Assembly (NCBI GenBank): GCA_965661285.1
Contig: CBFIDD010000001.1
Coordinates: 1-64,000, forward strand
Direction of reading: 5' to 3'
Origin: Poseidonia sp.
GTDB lineage: Archaea > Thermoplasmatota > Poseidoniia > Poseidoniales > Poseidoniaceae
Length of the DNA stretch: 64,000 nt
The notes under the pieces were generated by a model. That model was not told where the DNA came from. It ran no database searches and saw only the letters and a list, made by a program, of their open reading frames with translations. Every line of letters starts with the position of its first letter. Within the stretch, counting starts at the first letter, position 1. Of this stretch, positions 35,390-44,824 are shown in pieces. The position numbers and the translations under genes were made by a program.

Positions 35390-37335
35390 GGCTCTTCACC
35401 GCCATAACGCTTCAACGCCTCCCCTCGTTCGTTGTACAACGCCGTGGCGTCCGCCCCATCGGGCTCATCAAAGGTCGACCATTCGAGGTAGGCTTTCTCA
35501 ACATCAACCTCGGCTTGGGATTTGGCAGCCGCCTCCCTCGAGGGCTTTTCAGCCGTTTCAACAGGACGGAGGCTGCTGGTCAATGGAGCGCTGTCGCCAC
35601 GTGAGGGAAGTTTGACGGTTTTCTTGACCCTCGGCACGGGCAAGGTCGCATCCGAAAGGTCGGGAGAACCCGCCACGCTGTCCTTCAACGCCTTCGCTTC
35701 CACCGGGTAGGCGACCTTCTGATGACGCTCAACAGCCGCCTCTTGCTTCTTGGCAAACCCATCCATGTTTTCTTTGCGAAACGCATGCTTCGCCCGTGGC
35801 TTGACCGGCCAATCCGGCAGTGGAGAGGCGCTCTTGACGACGGCTGAACTTCGGTTGGTGGACAATCCCCGATCAATTTCAGGCATCCTTGGCCGCTGTT
35901 TTCTCGCGGGAAGCCGTTGTGCGGTGCGAAGTTGTGGAGGAGCGGATTTCACCGGCTTCTTTTGTTTGGATTGAAGTGAACGGCGACGAGGAGCGGGTCC
36001 TTCCTCGGCCACCGCTTGTTCGGCTTTCGGAGAATCACTGACATAGCGACCGTAGACAACTTCGGTGTCGATTTCAGGTCGCCAAGCCGTCGAACCGATG
36101 GACACCTCTGTGGCGGACGAGGGTGGTTCGATGGGATGGTACGGGGAGGATTGTTCAGGCCACGCCTCTACCACCTCGCTCAAAGCCTTGGTCGCTTCAT
36201 TTCGCTCCTCGTCATCGGGTACGAAGGCGCCGCCTTCGACCACCTCTCCGTGCAATACAGGGCCGCCGACCTGCGCGCCCTGGTGATGAATTTGTGCCTC
36301 GAGCCACTGCTCTTCTTCCTCGTCTGGAGCGAGGAGCGCGGGATGGTCCCACAGCACATCCGGGTCGTTGACCCAACGATCGATGGTGGACCCTCGCAGC
36401 GAAGTGGATTCGGAAAGAACGGTGTGCTGAACGGTGGTATCAAACAATTCAAGATCGGTGGTTACCAAGGCGATGTGGTCGTTAAATCGAACACCATCAC
36501 AGATGGATCGAAACACATCAACCATGCCTGCCTCACCAAAGGCATTGGCCAAGCGGTCAAGGCCGTCGATGAGGATAACCGAGCGTTCGTTCCCCCACTG
36601 GAATGCATTGACCACGGCTTGAACGGCTTCACGGTCGCTCAACACGTCATATCCGCCATGGGGCGAGAGAAGTGCATAGGATTGAGGGCCTGGCAGACGC
36701 TGCGTCGCTTCAGTCGTTGCGTGTGGCAAGCCAAACAGACCGAGCAGCGGCATGCCGCGCTCAGCCAGTTCAACACCAAGGGAAATCATGGGGTGCGGGT
36801 CGGGAGCGTCGAGCAGGTACACGCCTCCAGGTTCAAGTTGAAGGGCACTCGCTTCGTTGGGGCGTCGGCGACGGTGCTCGGTCTCCAACGCTAAGGCTTC
36901 AATTTCCTCAATTCGAGTCGCACGCCGCCAAGAGGTGGAAGGTAAGCGAACGCTTGACCACCACGACGCAGCGTTGTCGTTGTGCTCTTGATGTTCGAGG
37001 TGAAGGACACTGCCGGGATGGGTGGCCATCGTTGCGCGCAAGGCGTTCATGGACAATTCGTACAACCGCAACTCGTTGTTGACGTCCAAGGCGTCTTCCT
37101 CCATGCAGAGCAGGGCTTCCAAACCTTGTTGCTCAACCTCTCCTCGATGAAAGGCCATGACGGGTTGACCGAGTCGGAACAACAGCCAACCTTCTCTGCT
37201 ATGCTCATGGGAGGCCGAGCGAATGGAGACCGCCCCAGACTGTTCGTGAACGGCAAGGTTTCGAACCAAGACCCGAAGAACATCGACGCCTCCACGCCGC
37301 TGTTCGACCATGTCGCCGTGTTCGATTATGACCAT
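35386..37335 (-). CDS. DUF2226-like N-terminal domain + DUF835 (inactive KaiC/RecA-like) domain + disordered tail
   Basis: GAVSI...EGWLLFRLGQPVMAF at the N-terminus; LEPGGVYLL and SVILIDGLDRL...FRSICD in the middle. Confidence 0.7.
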   Translation of the reverse strand: MVIIEHGDMVEQRRGGVDVLRVLVRNLAVHEQSGAVSIRSASHEHSREGWLLFRLGQPVMAFHRGEVEQQGLEALLCMEEDALDVNNELRLYELSMNALRATMATHPGSVLHLEHQEHNDNAASWWSSVRLPSTSWRRATRIEEIEALALETEHRRRRPNEASALQLEPGGVYLLDAPDPHPMISLGVELAERGMPLLGLFGLPHATTEATQRLPGPQSYALLSPHGGYDVLSDREAVQAVVNAFQWGNERSVILIDGLDRLANAFGEAGMVDVFRSICDGVRFNDHIALVTTDLELFDTTVQHTVLSESTSLRGSTIDRWVNDPDVLWDHPALLAPDEEEEQWLEAQIHHQGAQVGGPVLHGEVVEGGAFVPDDEERNEATKALSEVVEAWPEQSSPYHPIEPPSSATEVSIGSTAWRPEIDTEVVYGRYVSDSPKAEQAVAEEGPAPRRRSLQSKQKKPVKSAPPQLRTAQRLPARKQRPRMPEIDRGLSTNRSSAVVKSASPLPDWPVKPRAKHAFRKENMDGFAKKQEAAVERHQKVAYPVEAKALKDSVAGSPDLSDATLPVPRVKKTVKLPSRGDSAPLTSSLRPVETAEKPSREAAAKSQAEVDVEKAYLEWSTFDEPDGADATALYNERGEALKRYGGEEP

Positions 37336-37438
37336 GCGGACCCACCCTACAGCAACACGTTCACCAAACCCCCTCTTGAAGAGTGCGGCGGTTCTGCAGG
37401 GAGGCGAACCGTTTCAAGCCATGATTCCTCGGACGGAC

Positions 37439-37825
37439 ATGAGCCTGCTGTCGGCCGGACCGTTGAACCTCGACGAGACGCAGTTGCTCGATGAGGGACG
37501 CCAACGGTTTGACTCGGGTCAGTTCTGGCACGCCCACGAGTCGTGGGAGGATTTGTGGAACATGCTCAAAGGGCGACAGGCCCCGCTTGAAGAGATCCTT
37601 CTGGTCCAAGGCCTGATACAAACAGCGGCCATGTTGCTGCACCATGAACGCAAAAACGCGGTCGGTGTCCGAAAACAATGGGAGAAATTGCAGCCAAAAT
37701 TACGCGGTTGGAGGACGGCGTGGGGCCTCGATATTGAGGCGCACCTCAACGTGATTGAAACCTATGCACTGGACGGCGACCTGTGGCGGCTCACAGCCAG
37801 CGACCACCAACTCCCGCAGGCGTGA
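37439..37825 (+). CDS. DUF309 domain protein
   Basis: FDSGQFWHAHESWEDLW, VQGLIQ. Alternative start at 37421. Confidence 0.88.
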   Translation: MSLLSAGPLNLDETQLLDEGRQRFDSGQFWHAHESWEDLWNMLKGRQAPLEEILLVQGLIQTAAMLLHHERKNAVGVRKQWEKLQPKLRGWRTAWGLDIEAHLNVIETYALDGDLWRLTASDHQLPQA

Positions 37826-37856
37826 GGTTCAAAGTCGGCGGCGATTGGTTACCCAC

Positions 37857-38513
37857 ATGGTCGATGACGCCTCGGTGCTTCCCGCCGACATGCTCCGGTT
37901 CATCGACACCCCTGTTGCGCAACCGCTCGTCAGGGGACGGAACATCGCCTTCGGGGGCAGCATCGTGCTGGCCATCGTGCTCTTCCTTTTGATGCGTCAA
38001 TTTGCCTTCTCTTCACTCCTCTCGGCCAGCCTTGCCGCCCTGACCCTCCTCATGAATGCGGTCGTCGTTTGGCTCCGATTCCAAAGCCACGCCTCTACCC
38101 CGCTTGCGGTGAACCTGAACCATCCGTTCATGGACACGGAGCCGATGGGCGATGCTCGCCTGCTCGTCCAATTGACCGACGGACGCTGGATTGCACCCGG
38201 TGAGCACCGGGTTCGTGCAGTACCCGACGACCTTCTTGGAGGCTTCACACTCGTCCTGGACACCGAGGATTACCCCGCTTTGGGTCATTTTTCAAACGCA
38301 AAAGAACTCGGGGGCACCCTTACCCGTCATTTGGCGCTCATCAACCAAGCGATTGCGCTGAGGGACGCTGTGAACGAAGTGCATGACCCCATTGAGGATG
38401 CACGGAGTCGAGAGAAGATGGATACGGGCTTGCTGGAACGGTCGTGGCTTGAGGACGAAGAAGCCGTTGAGGTCGAAAGTCCCCTCGTGTCGTTTTTTAG
38501 GGGCAAGGAATGA
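37857..38513 (+). CDS. Hypothetical membrane protein
   Basis: Two TMs and a soluble C-terminal region; GGTTCAAA box about 25 nt upstream. Confidence 0.7.
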   Translation: MVDDASVLPADMLRFIDTPVAQPLVRGRNIAFGGSIVLAIVLFLLMRQFAFSSLLSASLAALTLLMNAVVVWLRFQSHASTPLAVNLNHPFMDTEPMGDARLLVQLTDGRWIAPGEHRVRAVPDDLLGGFTLVLDTEDYPALGHFSNAKELGGTLTRHLALINQAIALRDAVNEVHDPIEDARSREKMDTGLLERSWLEDEEAVEVESPLVSFFRGKE

Positions 38514-38592
38514 GGCGGTTCGCCCAAAAAACAACCCGCATATTCAAAACCGTTTCACGCAAGCGAACCACGTGCCTACCAACGAAACATGG

Positions 38593-39180
38593 ATGTCCAA
38601 GGTTGACGCCTTGGCCCCTCAGGAGCAGGAAACCCTGCTGGGCACATCCCTTTCGCGTCGGTTTGCCCGCCTCCCGTTGTGGCTGAATCATCCGGCCAAC
38701 ATCGGGGGATTCTACGGATTCTTGGTGGCCTTGGCGTTACTCTTGCCCTATGCTTTTGGGGATGACAGCGAGGTGTGGGGCGTTCAGTGGCTCTATCACG
38801 CATCGCTGCTGATCATCGCGTCAGCAGCCAGCGGCTTTGTCTCGGTGGTTCTCATCGCCTTTTCAAAACGCCATCCGGTGGCGCCTCCACGCCAGTTCCT
38901 CTACCCCATGCCCTTCGTGGGCTTGGCGCTCTTGACCATTGACCGAGTGGACTTGGTGGCAATTCCATCCGTGTTGGTTTGGGCGCTCTTGTTGCTGCCC
39001 GGCCCCATTTATGTCCACCTGTCGTGGGCTCCACGGTGGCGTCTGTTGTGCATGATTGAGGACGGCAAAGACCCCTTCATTGGCCTGGAAACCAAGCAGG
39101 AAGAAACGGTCGAAGCCGAAGAAATGGTGGACGGCGACACGGAAATGCTTGAAGTCGTGGACGCCTTTGAGTCCGAATGA
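38593..39180 (+). CDS. Hypothetical membrane protein
   Basis: Four TMs and an acidic tail; start re-assigned to MSKVD. Confidence 0.7.
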   Translation: MSKVDALAPQEQETLLGTSLSRRFARLPLWLNHPANIGGFYGFLVALALLLPYAFGDDSEVWGVQWLYHASLLIIASAASGFVSVVLIAFSKRHPVAPPRQFLYPMPFVGLALLTIDRVDLVAIPSVLVWALLLLPGPIYVHLSWAPRWRLLCMIEDGKDPFIGLETKQEETVEAEEMVDGDTEMLEVVDAFESE

Positions 39181-39182
39181 GC

Positions 39183-40364
39183 TCAAATTACACCAACTTG
39201 GGGGCCAACCTTTTCGAAACAGGCCAGCACGTCATCGAGGTCTTGACGGCTCAATCCGGCGGACATTTGTGTTCGGATTCGGGCCTTGTCCCTGGCCACC
39301 ATTGGGAAGACGATGGCACCGGCCATCACACCCACCTCACCAAGCGCTTGCGTCATGGCTTTCGCTGTGGATGATTCACCGCACATGACAGGAATGATGG
39401 GTGTTACCGAATCGCCCGTATCAAAGCCCATGGATTGGAGTTCTTTTCGGAAATAGTTCGTGTTCTCCCAAAGTTTTGCATGGTGTTCGGGTTCGGTCAT
39501 CAACACCTCAATGGCTGCTTTTTGCGCAGCCGCCACGCCCGGCGGTTGCGACCCAGAGAGCAGCCACGACCTCGAGTGGTTCAGGGCGTGGGTTCGTGTC
39601 ATCTCCGTGCCGGCCAGAATGCCACCTTGGACCCCCAGGGCCTTGGAGAAGGAACCCGTTTCGAAGTCAACCTTGCCCTGGAGTTTGAAATGGTCAACTA
39701 TGCCGGCCCCGCCTTCTCCCAGAACACCTTCACCGTGGCAGTCGTCGACGTACACCATGGCACCGTATTCCTCGGCTAGGGAGGTGACCTCATCGAGCGG
39801 CGCAATGTCGCCGTCCATCGAAAACACACCGTCGGTGATGATGAGTTTTCGTTCCGAGGATTCATGCGTTTTCAACACCGCTTCCAATTCACCCATATCA
39901 TTGTGGGCGTAGACGGCGCGAGATGCTTTGGTGAGGCGGACGCCGTCAATGATGGAGCCGTGGTTCAACTCGTCGGAAATGATGACGTCCTGCGGGCCGG
40001 TGACCAACGTCGGGATGAGGCCAACATTGACCGTGTAGCCTGCAGAGTAAATGAGCGAGGCTTCAACGCCCTTGAACTCGGCTACTTTTTTCTCGGCTTC
40101 CAAATGGATGTCCATCGTTCCTGCAATCGCTCGGACCGAACCGCTTCCAGCACCGTACGTGGTGGTGGCTTGTTGCATGGCCGAGACAACTTTGGGATGC
40201 GTGGTGAGGTTGAGGTAGTTGTTTGCTGAAAGCATGATCGTTGGCTTTCCGTCCATTTGACAGCGCGGCTGATTGGGGCCCTCAAGCGTGGGCGGCTCCC
40301 ACAACAGCGACTTCTCGTTGAGCTCGTCATAGCGCGCTTTCATCCAAGACATATCACCGGGCAT
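39183..40364 (-). CDS. kbl: Glycine C-acetyltransferase / 8-amino-7-oxononanoate synthase family
   Basis: ANNYL, SDELNHGSIIDG, TDGVFSMDGD, DDCHG, SFSKALG, ARIRTQMSA. Confidence 0.85.
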   Translation of the reverse strand: MPGDMSWMKARYDELNEKSLLWEPPTLEGPNQPRCQMDGKPTIMLSANNYLNLTTHPKVVSAMQQATTTYGAGSGSVRAIAGTMDIHLEAEKKVAEFKGVEASLIYSAGYTVNVGLIPTLVTGPQDVIISDELNHGSIIDGVRLTKASRAVYAHNDMGELEAVLKTHESSERKLIITDGVFSMDGDIAPLDEVTSLAEEYGAMVYVDDCHGEGVLGEGGAGIVDHFKLQGKVDFETGSFSKALGVQGGILAGTEMTRTHALNHSRSWLLSGSQPPGVAAAQKAAIEVLMTEPEHHAKLWENTNYFRKELQSMGFDTGDSVTPIIPVMCGESSTAKAMTQALGEVGVMAGAIVFPMVARDKARIRTQMSAGLSRQDLDDVLACFEKVGPQVGVI

Positions 40365-40397
40365 GATGCTTCCTCACCCGACCTAAGTCGGGGTGCT

Positions 40398-41189
40398 TCA
40401 AGGTCTTTTGTCTTCAATATCTTCGAACACCGATTGGGTCAGAAGACGCTCATCCATCTTCACAAACCCACCCTCTTGCAGATCGAGCAGGTCGAGATGC
40501 AAGCCCCCAATCGAGGTGCGGTGCAGGTTCACCACCTCAAGACCCACGGCAGCAAACATTCGCCGCACCTGACGTTTTTTTCCTTCTGAAATCGTCGCAA
40601 TGACGGTGCCGTCCTCCATGGTTTCAATACGTGCAGGCCGGGTGGCGTAGGTGGAACGGATGCCGTTTTCCTCCAATTCAATATCCACGCCATCACGCAA
40701 TTGTTGAAGTTGGTCTGATGCGGGGGCGTGGTCGGTCGCTACGGCGTAGGTTTTCGCAACCTTCTGGTCGGGTGAGGCGATGCGGTGCACGAGATGACCG
40801 TCCGTCGTGAGGATGAGCATGCCCGTGGTCGCTTCATCGAGACGGCCGACCGTGAGCAGTCGGTCGTACGTTGATTCGTTCACATGGTCCTGCAACAAGG
40901 AAAATACCGAACGCTTGCCCAACGCTCGCTCTTGTCGGTTCAATCGCGAACAGATCACGCCCCTCGGCTTGTTGAGGACAAACGTATGATGGAGGCCGGG
41001 GAGGCGTATCACGTCACCCTGCCAGCAGACTTCTTTGGTGTTCGCATTAAACTGGAAGGCGATGTCTTTGACCACTGAACCTGCCACGGTCACGTCACCG
41101 GACCAAATGGCGTCCTTGACCTCGCGTTTTGAGGAAAACTGACCCGTGCGTGAAAGAAATTGGTGCAGTCTTACTTTCACAGGCCTCAT
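40398..41189 (-). CDS. RsuA/RluB-family rRNA pseudouridine synthase
   Basis: S4-like N-terminus, LNKPRG, VGRLDEATTGMLILTTDG, EGKKRQVRRM, LHRTSIG. Confidence 0.92.
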   Translation of the reverse strand: MRPVKVRLHQFLSRTGQFSSKREVKDAIWSGDVTVAGSVVKDIAFQFNANTKEVCWQGDVIRLPGLHHTFVLNKPRGVICSRLNRQERALGKRSVFSLLQDHVNESTYDRLLTVGRLDEATTGMLILTTDGHLVHRIASPDQKVAKTYAVATDHAPASDQLQQLRDGVDIELEENGIRSTYATRPARIETMEDGTVIATISEGKKRQVRRMFAAVGLEVVNLHRTSIGGLHLDLLDLQEGGFVKMDERLLTQSVFEDIEDKRP

Positions 41190-41248
41190 CTATGCTTCGT
41201 GGAGGTACCTCTAATCCTTTCGCCCCCAGAAGATAGAGGAAGCCATCC

Positions 41249-41575
41249 TCAGACCGGATCGTCCTCACCGGGAGAGCTGAGTCGAGCACGCTTGTTGGCC
41301 TGCACGGCAGCGTACATCTCCATCACGGGCTGGAGACGTTCTCGTCGGGCTTCAGCCCGGACTTGGCCGACGATACGTTCGGTCTCCGCTCGAACTTCGG
41401 CAAGTTCTCGAACGGTCTGGGCACGGGCAAGTGCCAATTCACGTTCCTCTTCAACTGCTTTCATCCGTGCTTCATGCTCGGATGCATCCGGCTCATCCTC
41501 GCTTTTGCGCCACCAACCCCACAAAGCCCGAAGACCCTGAAAGGCAGAAATGTACCCTGATGTCGTCATCTGCAT
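41249..41575 (-). CDS. Small hypothetical coiled-coil protein
   Basis: Amphipathic N-terminus then an E/R-rich helix; fills the gap between genes. Confidence 0.55.
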   Translation of the reverse strand: MQMTTSGYISAFQGLRALWGWWRKSEDEPDASEHEARMKAVEEERELALARAQTVRELAEVRAETERIVGQVRAEARRERLQPVMEMYAAVQANKRARLSSPGEDDPV

Positions 41576-41669
41576 GCCATTACCTGTGAATGGATTGGTT
41601 CCGCTCCTCTATATCGCTATTGCCCGCAGGACCATCAGCATTATATCACGGCGGCCGCGGATTTTGACC

Positions 41670-44240
41670 ATGGCAACCACACGCCGTGCGATGGTTCTCT
41701 CTGCGTTTCTTCTGCAATTGCTCATGGTGGGTGCTACGGCTTCACCGCTCGCAGACGCAACCAACCCGCTGGGCGACGATACGAAGATGAACGCTGACCT
41801 CATCGAAAAACTCGACCAGGTGGAGGACTCCACGGTGCTTCCCGTCATTTTTCAACTTCATTCCCCTTTGACACCGCACGATGAAGCCTACATGGCCGAC
41901 CTCGGCCTTGTGCTCAAAGGCGAGGCACCCCTCTTGGACGCAGGACTGGTCGAAGGCCAAGCCATCGACCTCCGCCGAATGTCAACATGGGACCGCGTGG
42001 AATACCTCGAACTTGACCGAGCGTTGGAATTCTTCTACCTGCCCTCCGAGTGGGGAGGCCAGCCCGAACCCGGCATCATGATGCACGAAACGACCCACGT
42101 GGTGCGCGCCACCGACACATGGGACCGAGTCATCATCACACCATCGGGTGAAATCCAGCGAGAGATTGACCTCTCGTTCAGCGAGTGGGACGGCGACGGC
42201 ACCGCCATCGTCGACCTCGATACCGGCGTGGATGCCGGCCACCCCGATTACGACTATCTTGAACCCTGGACCGGTGAGAAAACGCTCTACTCCGCCAAGT
42301 GGACTCCCGCTGACAACGACTGGGTGGAGACCAGAAATTCCGACACCTCCTCCGGCCATGGCACCCACGTCGGCGGCACCATTGCCGGCAACGGGGACGC
42401 TTCTGCTGGCCGCCGAGCAGGTGTGGCCAAGGGCGGCCAACTCGTCGCTCTCGGCGCAGGTGACGGCGCCTCAATCTTTGCTGGCGTTCAAGGCCTCGAG
42501 TGGACCTATGCCCACTCCATCCCGGGCCAAAACCCCCACCACATCCGTGTCGTTTCCAACTCGTGGGGCAGCGACGGTGATTACGACCCACAAGGCACCA
42601 TCACCCAACTGACCGACCGGCTCACCTACGAGAACGACGTTGCCGTCATCTTCGCAGCCTCGAACTCCGGGGGCTCGGGCGCAGAGTGCTCGGGCGACCT
42701 GCGCACCAACGTCTACGCCAACACGCCATCGGCGATTTCCGTCGCCGCACTGACCCATGACGGTACCGCCGTCACCTCCTTCTCCTCGCGTGGTTGCATG
42801 AACCAGCAACACACCTGGCCCGATGTTGGCGCACCTGGCCGAGATATTTGGGCTACGGCACCTCGTGGCACGGCGATTGACGCATCCACTCGCACCCAAG
42901 GTGACCTCTACTACATGGCCATCTCCGGGACCTCCATGGCCACCCCCCACGTCGGTGGTATGGCCGGTGTCCTGCTGGATGTCGCTCCATCGCTGGGCGC
43001 TGCCGATTACCATCGGGACGACCACGACTTTGGCGACAGCCTGGTGGGAGGCGAGGGAACGGCTGCCTACGGCCAGTTCGAAGACTGGAACGAGCGCAAC
43101 AACAGCCGGGTTCACGAGGTTGAGCTCATTCTTGAATTGACGGCTCGCTACGAAGGCATGGCCAATTCCTGCGAAGCCGGGAACGACGAAGATTCCTGCA
43201 ACGACATTCCAGAGGAATGCTACCGTAGCGCAACCGGTGCGTGCCACGACTGGCGCATCGGTCACGGACTGACGGACCTTGACGCAGCCGTCGCTTTGGC
43301 CCGCACCCTGCAGTTGATGCGAGACCAAGACGGCGATGGCCTCGTTGACCACCCCGAATACACGGTATGGGACGCCTACGACATTTACGAGAACATGATG
43401 ACAACCACCACCATTCCCGCCAACACCGACCGGGTGCGCCACGCTTGGAAAGGCGATTGGAACCATTTCAACAACGGCCAGACGGGCGCCGTGTACTATA
43501 CCGAGGATTCCCACTACGTTTGGATTCCAAACGGCACCACACGTCTCGAGGCGACGTTCACCGCCGTTGAAGCAAGTTTGGACACCGGCCAGGCGGGTCT
43601 CCTCCAGCTCGATATCGACCTTGGTGATGACGGAAGCAACGAGGCACAAGGCGAAGGCAACCGACTGGCCGATTCGTGGTACTATGACCTCCCCGTTGAC
43701 GAATCTGCATGGGGCCAGTGGGCGCATTTCGATGTATCCGGAACGGCCGTCACGCTCTGGGGCTTCCTCGGCGACATTGAGTTCTTTGAATCCCGAGTCC
43801 CTTACACCGTGGACGTCATGTTGACCTTGGACCTCTCTCAACCGGTCGACATCCAATTTGAGCAGCGACCCGATTTCTACACCGACCTCAACCCGACCAC
43901 GCCCTCGGATGAATACGAAAACGACATGGACGGCATGTTGACCTTCACGCGTTCAGCCTACGACCAAGCCACCGTCGTCTCGCTGATCACGCCCAAAGTG
44001 ACCGTCGAAGAAACCGCGGACTCTGGCTTCTTCTCGAGCCTCGGAGGCGTCATTGCCGACCATCCTTTTGCCATCATCATCGTGTTGTTGATGCTGATTG
44101 GAGCGGCTGGAACGATAGGCTACTCCGTCCGTCTCCAAACCGAGGGAGATGCAGAAGAGGCCGTGTTGTTGTGGGATGAGGAAGACTCATTGTTGGAAAA
44201 CGAAGGCAAGTCCGTTCCCGGGCTCGAAAACGAAACCTGA
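41670..44240 (+). CDS. Secreted, C-terminally anchored S8 (subtilisin-like) serine peptidase
   Basis: Signal peptide; catalytic triad DLDTG / HGTHVGG / GTSMATPHV; C-terminal TM. Confidence 0.93.
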   Translation: MATTRRAMVLSAFLLQLLMVGATASPLADATNPLGDDTKMNADLIEKLDQVEDSTVLPVIFQLHSPLTPHDEAYMADLGLVLKGEAPLLDAGLVEGQAIDLRRMSTWDRVEYLELDRALEFFYLPSEWGGQPEPGIMMHETTHVVRATDTWDRVIITPSGEIQREIDLSFSEWDGDGTAIVDLDTGVDAGHPDYDYLEPWTGEKTLYSAKWTPADNDWVETRNSDTSSGHGTHVGGTIAGNGDASAGRRAGVAKGGQLVALGAGDGASIFAGVQGLEWTYAHSIPGQNPHHIRVVSNSWGSDGDYDPQGTITQLTDRLTYENDVAVIFAASNSGGSGAECSGDLRTNVYANTPSAISVAALTHDGTAVTSFSSRGCMNQQHTWPDVGAPGRDIWATAPRGTAIDASTRTQGDLYYMAISGTSMATPHVGGMAGVLLDVAPSLGAADYHRDDHDFGDSLVGGEGTAAYGQFEDWNERNNSRVHEVELILELTARYEGMANSCEAGNDEDSCNDIPEECYRSATGACHDWRIGHGLTDLDAAVALARTLQLMRDQDGDGLVDHPEYTVWDAYDIYENMMTTTTIPANTDRVRHAWKGDWNHFNNGQTGAVYYTEDSHYVWIPNGTTRLEATFTAVEASLDTGQAGLLQLDIDLGDDGSNEAQGEGNRLADSWYYDLPVDESAWGQWAHFDVSGTAVTLWGFLGDIEFFESRVPYTVDVMLTLDLSQPVDIQFEQRPDFYTDLNPTTPSDEYENDMDGMLTFTRSAYDQATVVSLITPKVTVEETADSGFFSSLGGVIADHPFAIIIVLLMLIGAAGTIGYSVRLQTEGDAEEAVLLWDEEDSLLENEGKSVPGLENET

Positions 44241-44241
44241 T

Positions 44242-44787
44242 TCATGGCACCCAATCTATCTGATTGATGTGCGGTTTGAATTCGTTCGGTTTGTCGTGCT
44301 CCTCTAATCGGTCGAGCAACCAAATTACCCAATGGAAGGTTCCCATGCCCTCCTCTTCAGTCACACTGCTCTGCTCGTGTATGATGTAGCCTTGTTCGGT
44401 CAGGGACATCATGTGGCGCATGTTCACACCGATGAGCGAAAGATACGGTTTGTAGAAGGAATAGACGATGTCAAACGAGAGGTTGCGGTGAAAAGTCATC
44501 ACGGCATGGTTGGCCATGAGCACGACAAGGGCATTGGTGGCGTCTTTTTGTTCACGGGTTAATTCCATCAGTTCTTTCAGACCTGTGTGTTTGGTAATGA
44601 CGCCCCCAAACGTAGCAAACCCGCGCTGGACAAGAGGATTTTCAAGCGAGTGCGCGATGGTTTGAGAAATTTCATACCGACGGTTCCGGTTGACTTCCAT
44701 GACTTGACGTAAACCAAACACCAGCGTCGCCATGATGGCGAGGCCACTGAGAGCCTCACCCAAATTTGCTGCAGTTTCAAGATCCAT
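44242..44787 (-). CDS. Hypothetical protein with N-terminal TM (DUF4760-like); paralog of 46731-47240
   Basis: Clear by-eye similarity to the 46731-47240 product. Confidence 0.75.
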   Translation of the reverse strand: MDLETAANLGEALSGLAIMATLVFGLRQVMEVNRNRRYEISQTIAHSLENPLVQRGFATFGGVITKHTGLKELMELTREQKDATNALVVLMANHAVMTFHRNLSFDIVYSFYKPYLSLIGVNMRHMMSLTEQGYIIHEQSSVTEEEGMGTFHWVIWLLDRLEEHDKPNEFKPHINQIDWVP

Positions 44788-44824
44788 TTAAAAGCCTCAT
44801 GAAGTGATGATTTGCACGGTCAGT

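Noticed and set aside
40375-40395. Hairpin CCCGAC-CTAA-GTCGGG upstream of kbl
   Set aside because: It is a short 6-bp GC stem with a bulged extension, insufficient to call an operator or terminator.
42471-43856. Long antisense ORFs (461 aa here; also 47179-48423, 49933-51264, 58763-59827, 22092-23099)
   Set aside because: These are shadows of well-supported genes on the opposite strand, expected from codon bias in GC-rich DNA, and show no motifs.
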